Origin: Podarcis vaucheri
Lineage: Eukaryota
DNA: 64,000 bases
Assembly (NCBI GenBank): GCA_965113315.1
Contig: OZ220368.1
Reading direction: 5' to 3' (one strand)
The notes below the pieces were generated by a model. It was given only the letters and a program-made list of their open reading frames with translations, was not told the DNA's origin and did not search any database. Below are positions 38,601 to 50,600 of the stretch, piece after piece. Made by a program: the position numbers and the translations under genes. The first letter of the stretch is position 1, and each line of letters begins with the position of its first letter.

Positions 38601-41600
38601 TCAATGTCCTTATGGCCTCAGCAGTGCAATCACCGACCATCCAGTCATTCTCTCGATTGCTGAAGGGGAATCCACCCTGGATATTGAAGAAAATATATTA
38701 GGACTCCTTGGGCAGCCATCAGTGTAGAATAATCTCCTCCCAAAAAGATCCCAATAAAGCAACCAGGAATTTGACAGGTGATCCACATTTCTCTTTCAGG
38801 ATACTAGACTAGATGGGTCCTGGCCTAAACCAGCAGGCTCCTTAGGTTCTCAGAATTAACACTTAAAGACTCTTTTTTTTTGCTGGCTATGTTTCACACA
38901 GACAGGACACAATTCTGGATGTACCTTGTTCATCTGGCGATAATATCTCTGGTAGTTAGGTGGGTTATCTACAATCTGAAAAACAGATTAGCAGCATATT
39001 AATAAAAGACAATCAGAATATATTTATAACCAGAGAAAGCTAGTGTGGCATAACAGTTTGAGTGATGGTCCTGAGAGACCAGGATGCCAATCTCTACTTC
39101 CTCTCAGCCTAAAATTCCTCATAGGGTTGTTGTGTGGATTCAGTAAGGAGGAAGAAAAGTTCAGTAAGCTGCTTGGAGAAAAAGATGGGCTATGCAATAA
39201 TTAATAAACAATAGAAAATAAATTAACTCAGTCAGAAATATGGTCTGCAATTTAGAAGACAGAATATGGCTACAACCTGATACAATGGCAGCACATAGGG
39301 TTGTGTTCAGTGCCAGCGCTACTCAAAGCAGACTCACTGAAATTTATGAACTCAAATTGGGCATGTTTATTAACCTAAATGGGTTTGCTGTGAATAGGAT
39401 TCATACTGTGTACAACCCATAGTGTCGGTTGAGGTAAATTGCAGTGGATATACAAGGTTTTACACAGGACTGAAGCCACACTATAGAACCGAATTGACAT
39501 TACAGTCAAGGATCACATGGGCTTCAGATTAAAAACCTATTATTCTATAGTCCTGCCATGACACATTATTCAGCTGAATGAATCTCATGCGATCAAGAGG
39601 CAGCTGGACCACACTCTGGCTCTGCTTCCAAGGTTGCACAACATTTCATGACCACAACACCCACACATTAAGCTTTGCCTATGCAGGCATCCATGTCTAA
39701 ATGCACGGATATCAGAGGCAGAGCTGGGGGAAACCATACAACCTTGGAAGCTGCCCTTCAACGTCTGGGTCAAGTAGGCCCATATGCCTTTGATACCCTA
39801 ATAGCTCCTTCTCATGATGAGTAACACATGAAAGATGAGTAACACGTGTTACTTTGCAAAAAGAGACAAGCGTTTCCCTCCTGATTCTTTTGCTGAGACA
39901 GCTGAAAGCTGTATTGATTGATTCCCTGTGTATGTTATTCCAAGGATCAGTGCTTTACCTGAGAGGCTTTCAAGAATTCGTGGGCTTTTTTCAGACAGGA
40001 TGCATAGTCAGGATTGTTCTGAACCCCAGCCTAGAAAAAGACAGAAGTTATGCTTAAGGATTCTGACCCAGGAAAGTCACAGAGAAAATCTTAGACACTT
40101 ACATAAAAGCATCACTTTGGACAGCCACAAAAATAAATGCAAGTTCTTCAGGGATAACTTCAGTGCTACAAAAGGAATACTCAGTGTGTGGATTTCTGGA
40201 CCTCATGTCCTAAGAATCACCTGGAGAACATGCCTTTCTTGGTTAACCATGACAGGCATACGAGGTGTTCGGATCTTGTAATGCATGTGCTTTGGTTAAA
40301 TAATGAACACACACCATCTACATGCCAGTTCATTCATCTAAAATATATATGTAAATGGAAATTATTGTGGAAAGAACAAAAGCAGCAGATTTGACAATAT
40401 AAAATGTTACCTCCAAGAAGCCTTGAATGGCAAATGATGTATCCCAGGTCTGTGATCCCATGACCTGATATAAAGAAAGGAAGAAGAGTTTTGTCCATTA
40501 GATCAGGGGTGGAGAACCATTGGCCTGGGAGCTGAATGCAGTCCTCTCTAACCAGCCCTTTGGATGCTTCCCCAGTCATGTCCACTTCCCGGCCTACACC
40601 CTCCCCTACTGGCCTTGCTCTGCATACTCCTTAAGGGCTGGAATGTCTCATGGAATGGTGATAAGCCCTCCTGCTTAACTGAGTAGAAGATGGGGAAAGA
40701 TGTGGGTGGACTGGTGTGGAAGCCTCTGAAATTTGTGTGGTCACTATTGTGTGGGAGTGGTGAACAATTGGTTTCCTCCCATTTTTATTTTATAATACGC
40801 TATTTTAAAAGAAAGCAAGAGCACCGGGAGTAAATCAGTAATTAAAGGGCTCTTCTGCACCTTCGCTTGGCCCTTGTTTTGATTGTATTGTGTACTGATC
40901 AATTCCTCTTGTTCTCTCAGTTAAGCAGCATGTGTTTTGGGATTCTTGGCACATCAGATAAGATCTGAATCAGCATTTTAAAAAGGTGCTACATGACCTG
41001 GTATTATCTTACATCTTATCTCCTAGCCCTAACCCTGGGGTGAAGCTACACTTTATGCAGGAGAGCCATGACTGGATCTCCTGATATTTTGACATTTTGA
41101 TATTTACTTCAATGAAGCTGGTACTGTCAGGCAAGCAGAAGACAGCTGAGCTTCAGAATCACCAAAGCAATGCAAATTGCAGCCCATAATATTTCCCAAC
41201 ATATTGGTTCACACTATTGTACCTTTATTAACATACCATCTTGTCCCATCCTGCAGAGATATAAAAAGCAGAGATTATAGCAGACACAAGACCATGTAGT
41301 TACCTATCTGCATTGCATAATAGGAGACCCAAATCATCCTGATATCTCTTCCATACAACACCATGAGTGAGGCATGGGTGTGCATGAGATCTGCCTATAC
41401 TGCAAATAAGGATATGTTCACATCACTGGCTTAAAACGCAGCAAGGTCATTTTATCCCACTGCACTGCAAGCCACATTTGCACAGGGTTGTTCAAATCAG
41501 ATAGGGGGCAGAGATATCTTTATAGAGTGTGTATGCCCTTTCTGCCCCTCCCCCTGCAACCCCCTGGAACTCCTAGTGATGAAACTGCCATCTGAGCATC

Positions 41601-44600
41601 TGTGCTCATCTGTGCACATATGACGGATGTCGCAGGTATACACACCATTCTGAAGTACGATGTGAATGTGCTTTACATTTTCTAGTCTGATTGATCCTTT
41701 TTTGAGGAAAGATCAAGGTCTGCAAAACCACACTTATGCAAGACCATGTTCAGGACACTACAAAGATGGGAGGAATAAATATGCCAGCCTTACCAAAGGT
41801 AGTCATAGATCCTGGAGATATGTTCTTGAAAAGCTGGAGAATCGACTCCATCAACATGCCGTCTTATTAGCACATGAAACGCTTTACAAATCTACAGGAC
41901 AAAAGAGAATATCATTCCAGTTAGAAATTCTCCTCCACTATACCTCCATGCTTAGCACACTCATCTGCCACATGGCTATGTCTCTGCATGTCACCAGCCA
42001 AACACAGAAACTCCTTCAAGTGGGCAGAACAAGATTTCCACAAGCATAGCTCTACCTTTGGAAGTATACTGGTTTCTGAGGGAAATCTTCCTCAGGAGAA
42101 TGAGTATATGCTGTCATCAATTTGGTCCCGATACAATTATTTCTGAAAGACATTCACAAAGGACCTACCGGACTAGAATTGGTGGCATTTGAGAATATGT
42201 CATCAGCCTTGATTTGCTCATACATTTCTACGATGGCTTGCTTTCTGAAACTGGTGAAATGGTATCTCTCATACAAATTTAAGGTAGCTGCAGAAGGAAT
42301 AAGAGGGACACTATGAACATCACAATCATGTTAAGGTGGTTCTATCTTCCTCGTGTGTTTTGGGCTGCAATTTTCCATGCAATTACAATTTAGCAAACAC
42401 AATTTAGGACAAACACAATTTAGCTTTCAAAAGTTAAATATTAAAAACAAAACAATCAATTTCTTAACACAGAGGAAAACCCCAAATGCCATGCCTTCCA
42501 TCTGTGGTAACCCACACTTCCACGAACATTTTGCAGATCCCCTTCTCAAAAACTTTTCTACGATCATTTGTCCCAAACTACCCTGTAGTCTGACAGGCAA
42601 AACCACAGTGATGATCACCACGAATGGTTCCAAGACAACAAAACCCATAATGCCACGGCATATGTCCACAGCATGGTTCAGGCCTCTTGCTCACAAAGCA
42701 AGGCTCTTTCTTGTATTTGCTACAAAGGTTTGTATTGTGTTTGTTCTCAGAGCTGACTGTTTGCTTTCAGCTAACAAGCTGTGATAATATGAAACCTGGA
42801 AGGTGCTGTATGTTTCCATGGATATATGTCTGGGCCAAGGACATGCACGTCTTATTCCTCAGACCAACAGAAGTCTCTTCCTCTCTTTCTCTGTGCCAAG
42901 TAAACCCTAGAAAACCTACGCTGAAGACCTGAACTCCTGGAAAAAGACTTGCCAATTCCAAAATCACTCACCAAAAGCAGCATCCAGCATCCAGCTGTGT
43001 GCAGCTTGCAAATCGGCTTCGTAAATATTGTTCCTCTGGGCTGGCCAATCAATGGTGGAGAAGTCCTCCACATAAATCTCCTAGAAGGAAACCATGAAGT
43101 GAAATGACTTTCATAGTAAAGAAGAAGCAGGATATTAGTGTACTTGACAACTGTCATTTCAGAGCTTTAAAAAATCCCAGAAAATTCATGTTAGTGTGGC
43201 AAAATCTGCTCTGTACCCACATAACGCAATGCTTTGTGCTAGGAAGGGAGCCCACCCCTCCCTGTGTTATGGCATCAGCTTTCATGGTCCTCCTCATCAC
43301 CATTTTGATACTTATATGAAAAGAGGTATGTTATAATAAATAATATATTAATGAATTAATGAATTAAATATTAGAGGAGGGTACTCCATAGATTAATGGT
43401 TCAACAGTTCTTCATTAATTTGTTTTTCAGTAGTTCTGAAGAGGGGAGGAGAAAACACCTTTTACCACCCAAAAAGAAAGGGAGAAAGAAAGAAAAAGAT
43501 GCATCAAAAAGGGGGAGTCTGGTATTACGGTTCTGTGATAGAGAAGGCAACATGGGCGTTGTCTGTCAGTTTTTAGGAGAAGAGGCAAAGGTCTGAAGCA
43601 ATTCTCTGTGGAGCACGAAGCACAGAGCCATTAAAATAAATTAAAACAAAAACATGGTAGGAGAGAGACTTACATGATTTGGCAGGGTGATGCCCTGGGT
43701 ACCATCTCCACTCCATATTCCACCCTCCCAAAGTTGCCCTCCCCTATGAAATAGGGATGGCCAAGTGGCATGTTTACATGCCCCCGCCTGTCTCCAACAT
43801 AAATATTCTCATGGCATTTTGAAATAACGATGCTCTGAGCTCGGCTTCTGCCTTAAATGGAAAAAGGACACCCAGCTCAGCCTTCTCCCTGTCAGATACA
43901 AGCAAGCAATCCCCCAAGTGCAGATCCAAGGGAGTACGAGGGTCCCACTTTGACCAAGGATGGTGGGATGTTTGGAGAATGTTGCCTTGCCTGTCTTAGA
44001 CTCTGGATCAATTCATCTTCTTCTATAGTCAGGCGAGTGGCGTAGCAGTAGCTCATCGCGAGGGTGATATGGCGAGCGTGACACCAGTATGTTGAGGGAT
44101 GTCCCGGCAGCCATGTAGGAAACAGCCTATTTCAGAAAGATAGAAAAGCAGGTTATATTGCCCTTCATCCAAGGATCACAGGGCAGTTTGCGGTATAAAA
44201 AGACAAAAATGCATAACATAATAACAAACAAAACAATCCACTATATTTTTGTGCCTTATTTTGCTTTCCAGTATTGTCGTTTTTATCTTCATTTTTATTA
44301 TAGCTAGGGATCTCAAAAACTGGAAGCGGCCCAGGCCTCTTTGGACCTCTGAGAGTGCCTGCGCTCTGAGCTTGGAAATGAAGTTTGGAGGGCACCAGTG
44401 CACATTGCCATGATGTGCACCAAACATCTTTGTAGCTGTGTTTTGTAATCCCAAGCACATCAAAAAGTCAGATGGTTGCACATGGGCAAACTGTTATATA
44501 GGTAGAATCTACACACATATAAAAAATGTTCTGAAAATGCTATAAAAAATACCTTGAATTTTCCATATGGCTCACCATCGCCATCTTGTGTCACATTGTA

Positions 44601-47600
44601 TATTGCACTTAAAACACACTTAAAACGTTTTATTTGCAGCTGTATAGCTGAGTCCATAGTCTCTTATATATACAGATTGAAACCCTGTTATACCCTATTA
44701 CCAAAAAAACAAAAACAAAAACATGATAGACAAGAATTCACTGGTCACAGAGACCAAATGGTCTCAGCATTTCTTTACACACGTAGTTCCTGAAACCTAG
44801 TATCTTCTGCAAGCTTCTGGTTACTTCTTTCTTAAAACCAGTGCTTCTTTTCTGGGGGATGCAGGGGTGCACATACCCCTAAACATTTTGTGAATCTAAG
44901 TTTGGCCTCATTGAGGGGAAGTATTTTAATATGAGTCAGAAAATGAGAGTACCCCTAAACAATTTTTTAGGGGGGAAAGCACTGCTTAAAGCAGTCCTAA
45001 AATCATTAAAATCATTTCCCAGGCCTATGGGCTGCAGTTTGAGCTCCATTTGCGGCTTGCAGTTTTTGCTCCTTAACATGCAGAATATGCCACACCCATG
45101 ACATGTGTCTGCTCACCAATCAGGCAGAGGTATGGCAACCAGCCATACCTCACTCTGACTCATGTGCAGATGTTCTTCATCTGAGTAACCTCTACATGAA
45201 ATCCTGTGAGGAACAGGTTCTGTCACAAACAGACATGAAGTAGTGAAGATTAATATGGATGTCTCCATTTCCAAGTCATTGCTATTTAGTGAAGGATCCG
45301 CCTACTGTGTAATACTGTTGCAGCAGAGACCTTTCTTTGGCAATTCATGATCGGCAGGGTGGGTTGGGAATGAGTAAACTTTAGGACACATACCATAGCT
45401 CAGGAAACAGTGTATTCATTCCCTCCCAGCTGTACAAATTCATAGTAGCCAGCCAAACTTTGCCCAGATGAGGGATTCCAAGAGCACCACCTGGAAAGAG
45501 AATTAACAAGTTTTTCGTTTCCATAGACTGAAGGGGCAAAGTCAAAGAAACCTTCAGTGAAAACCGAGATATGTTTATAGCCTTGTGAGATTGAAAGCTC
45601 AACTTGTTTAGAGTTTAGTGATGCAGTGCCTCAGAATTCCACTAGAGTGCTGTGCCGCAGCCTCCTTTTGATTGGTTGTGGTTACAGGTAGCCAGAGGGA
45701 GGTGGTGACAGCACTTGGCGTAGGCACGAGAAAAAAGCAGCTAAGGAATTGGCGTTCTGGCATTCAGCTGAATAGTTGTATAGCTCCTGAGCTGTGTGTT
45801 AAATCCACTCTGTAATCAGAAAAAAAGTCTCTGAACTTAGTTTGAGAGACAGTGATTAGTGTATTTTAAGAGTATATAGACAAGAGAAAACTGGGAAGCT
45901 GAATTGGGAACAGCACATGTGAGAGGACATATTATTTGGATTCTCAATTCAGTAAGAAGGGGAGAGATCTTCTTGAAAGAGAAGAATCCCAAACCAGTCG
46001 GACGGGTGAGCTGATCCTCTGGTCTGTTATACTAGAGGAGCCTCATAAGTAAGATTTATAGAAGGTTGGGAAACTGACAGAAAGTACCACCCTGAATTAC
46101 ACCCATGAATTCATGGAGATCAGGCCGGTTTTTTACCAGGTGGATATATGAAAGATAATTTACAGAACATTATTGATGTGATTGAATATCTAGAAGTTAG
46201 AACTGATAAGCAAGCAGCTTTGATTTTTATTGATGCAGAGAAAGCTTTTGATAATATATCATGGACATATATGAAAAAAGTAATTGAAATAATGAATTTT
46301 GGACAGGTCTTTGCTAACGGTATTGAGGCAATTTATTCTGAGCAACAGGCTAAATTAATAGTAAACAATACAGTTACTGAAAAATGTAATATAACAAAGG
46401 GAACAAGACAGGGGTGTCCATTGTCACCCCTGTTGTTTATTCTGGTGTTAGAGACTTTGTTGAGAAAGATAAGAACAGATGAAGAAATCAAAGTCATCGC
46501 AATTGGAACTAGGTCATACAAACTTAAGGCATTTGCAGATGATTTAGTAATAACGGTAGAAAATCCTTTGGAATTGGTACCAAAAGCATTAGAGAAATTG
46601 AATGAATTTGGCCAAGTGGCAGGTTTTAAGTTAAATAAAGGAAAATCAAAAATGCTGGTTAAAAATATGACAGAACAAAATAAAAATGAACTTGAACAAA
46701 TAACAGAATTAAAGATAAAAAAGTAAAATATTTAGGGGTCGGTTAACATCAAAAAAATATAAACTTATTTCAAGATAATTATGTAAAAATGTGGAATGAT
46801 ATGTCGAGTAAATGTCAAGTACATGTTGGAAATGTAAAGATAAAGAAGGCACATTTTTCCATATGTGGTGCACCTGCAAATTAGCAAAAGCATATTGGGA
46901 AATTATATATAATGAATTAAAGAAAATGTTTAAAATAACTTTTATTTAAAAACTAGAGTCTTTTCTATTAGGTATAATAGGAGAAGAAATCCCAAAGGAG
47001 AAAAAGGTCTTATTTATGCATGCGACAACAGCAGTGAGAATATTATATGCCCAGGGATGGAAGGAAGAAAGAACCTCATCAAAAGAAGAATGGATAACGA
47101 AATTAATGGACTATGCCGAAGTGGCGAAATTGACTGGGAAGATCAGACACCAAGAGGACAAAATATTTTTTTAAAGATGGACTAATTTTGTAGAATATCT
47201 GAAGGAGCATTGTAAACACATAAAAACTTTAGCAGGCTTGGAATAGCACTGGTGAGATAATTAGGGTAAATTTTGTAATAAGGGAAATGAATAAATTAGA
47301 GAAATATATAAAGATGCAGAAAAGATACCGTATTTTTCGCTCTATAACACGCACCCGACCATAACACGCACGTAGTTTTTAGGGGAGGAAAATCCGTAGG
47401 CATGCCACCCGTAGGCATTTCCTCCATAACACACACAGACATTTCCCCTTACTTTCTAGGAGGAAAAAAGTGAGTGTTATGGTGCAAAAAATACGGTAAG
47501 TGGTAATGATGGGAAACCGGGGAGGAGGATGGGGGCAAGTCTGGGGGTTGAGAACCTCCAAAAGGTAGTGTTTTGTTGTGTTGATATGAATGTAAAANNN

Positions 47601-50600
47601 NNNNNNNNNNNNNNNNNNNNNNNNNNNNNNNNNNNNNNNNNNNNNNNNNNNNNNNNNNNNNNNNNNNNNNNNNNNNNNNNNNNNNNNNNNNNNNNNNNNN
47701 NNNNNNNNNNNNNNNNNNNNNNNNNNNNNNNNNNNNNNNNNNNNNNNNNNNNNNNNNAGAACCAAAGTATTACGTAAGTCCTAAGCTGTAACACCTAGGC
47801 AATTAGCTGAAGAAATTGAAGTGAAAATAAGCTGTGTTTTCCACCTTGTTTAGATGCCTGTAACAACAACTGAATTTAATATATTTATATATGTTAACTG
47901 CCCTGTCATACCCTCATTGCCTGGCTTGGCCACACTCCACACATTGGAGGGCAAATCTAGCAGCAGCTGCACAGCTGTCAGCTACATTCAGTGTAGAGTG
48001 TAGAGTTTCTGAACAGGTTTGAGCCAAAGGGTCCCCTCTTCATTTCTATATTGGACAGAGTGAATGCCCTGATCATCCTGGAACCATATGCATCTGTTTC
48101 TCAGACTGTATCCAGTGTATATTGTATACCACTGTATACAGTGGTACCTCAGGTTATATACGCTTCAGGTTACATACGCTTCAGGTTACACACTCCGCTA
48201 ACCCAGAAATAGTGCTTCAGGTTAAGAACTTTGCTTCAGGATGAGAACAGAAATCGTGCTCCGGCGGCGCAGTGGCAGCAGGAGGCCCCATTGGCTAAAG
48301 TGGTGCTTCAGGTTAAGAACAGTTTCAGGTTAAGTACAGACCTCCCAAATGAATTAAGTACTTAACCAGAGGTACCACTGTACCTCCCACTGTGCCATTA
48401 AACCCTATGTATGAATGCTACTGCAATAAAAAGGCTACAACTCACCTCATTCTTTGTATTTATTAAATAATATTTTATCACTGCATTTGTGCTTTACGGA
48501 GTGGCACAAAGGGCCCGTGTCCAGACCCTCCCAAGAGTTCCCAATATAAATTTTGGAGGAGGAAAAAAACAGGAGGGAAGATATGACCAGCATCTTCTGT
48601 TTGATCATAGAAATGGTGTCAATGTGCCAGTCTATGGAGATGTCTAAAAGGACCAAGGAAGGAAGGAAGGAAGGAAGGAAGGAAGGAAGGAAGGAAGGAA
48701 GGAAAAGAGACAGAATAGAGAGGTGCTCCCAAATAACTGTACAACACCAGGACCCCCAAGTTTTGCCTGGGTACTACGCTCAAGCAAAATGGATTGATTC
48801 AGCCCTGCCAGAGATTTCTGCCTTACCTTTCTTGTGGAGATTTATCCGAGCCCGCACTACATCTGGATGGTCGGGCCCAAGTCCAAGGATTCGCATAGCT
48901 ATGTAGCTAAAGGTTGTGCCAAATACTGTTGACTGTTCTGTAAGATGGCTACCATAAAGAGAGATCAAAGAGCCATTAGAAAGTACACCAGAGTGTTTGC
49001 ATGTCTAAGAAGCTGTTTGAATTGTTTAGTTTCCATTCTTCTGGTGCATTAACTTAAATTCAAAAACTTCTCTGAGAACTTGTCAGAATACAGTGGTACC
49101 TTGGGTTACATACACTTCAGGTTACATACGCTTCAGGTTACAGACTCCGCTATCCCAGAAATAGTGCTTCAGGTTAAGAACTTTGCTTCAGGATAAGAAC
49201 AGAAATTGTGCTCCGGTGGCGTGGCAGCAGTGGGAAGCCCCATTAGCTAAAGTGGTGCTTCAGGTTAAGAACAGTTTCAGGTTAAGAACGGACCTCCAGA
49301 ATGAATTAAGTCCTTAACCCGAGGTACCACTGTACTCCAAGAATACCCAGTTAGCTAGCCATTAGCCGGGATACCACAGAATACCTACTTTTGTTTTCTA
49401 TTTCCTTTTTTTAAAAAAAGTAATGCCTTAATGAAGGACATGTAGTGCTTTGAAATGTTTCTTTTCAGGAGACAGCATGGGCATGAGAGCAACTCATACA
49501 GCCAGAATACCAGTTGAAATTCCATTCCAGATAAATAAAGCTGATCTTGGTCAATGAGAATGTAGATTCTGAATTCAGATCTGAATTCAGATTCAAAGCT
49601 GAGTCAAACCCCGAACCATTTTGTGGTTTGCTATTGGTTTGACAGGATACATTTGGATGGAGGCAACCTGGCCTCACCAGACCATTATCAATTGTAATAC
49701 TTCCTAGAGATGGTGCTTTTTAAAGAAAAGAGTGATGTCGGATATCATTGTGGTGATCACACAGGGTCCCCGGACGTTTCACCATCTCTTGATCCCTGTG
49801 CCACCACTATATTTCCCGCTGCCACCACCCAGGCTCTACCTCGTACAACCCTGAGTCCAGTCAGGGTTAAATTGGAACATAAACTTTTGTTTATTTATTG
49901 CAGTTTAACAAGCGTGTGGTTTAATAAACGGTATCAGTCAATTACAAACATGGGGTGCCTATCCAGACCTATAACTTCCACTACATGCTCTCACTCACTA
50001 AACCACCTCTCAGATATTTACTTGTCTTCCTAGCCCCTAAGTATTCCTGACTCAGCTTATTTCGTTACACTAACTCAACCTACCCACAAACTCTAGCCCA
50101 ATTCACTCCCACTCCAACCAACCACCCAACTCCCAACAAACTTCCTCCTTCGCCCCTCCCAGAGCTGGTTTTATAGTCCCTATGACTCCACCCCCCTGGG
50201 TCCTGATTGGGTAACCTGTTTAACTATTTCACCTCCAGCACTCTCTCATATGTTAATGTCACAATCATGTCTTCATTATTGTTGCCTCTCTCCACCCCTC
50301 ATGCCACAATTCTATTTTTCTCTGCCACAGCTGGGCAGCTTCAGTACATGCTAAGGCCAGCTGGCATTCTAGTCATCTGCCCTGCTGCCCAGTCCACATG
50401 GTGAGTATTGCTCACAGTCAAAAGACAGCAGAATGCAGAAGTGATTTAAAGAAGCCTTCATGGGGGAATTGCATCATGGACCAGCCCAAGACAAAGATAT
50501 GCAGAATTAGAACATCACACCCTCCTTGGACTACTCACAAACTCCAGCCCCCATCTGGAAGCTGTTTTGAGAGGATGTAGCGCAGGAGCTCTCTCTCGGC

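Noticed and set aside
48139-48380. cttcaggtta repeats as a CRISPR-like array
   Set aside because: Vertebrate DNA; these are internal subrepeats of a TIR-bounded MITE.
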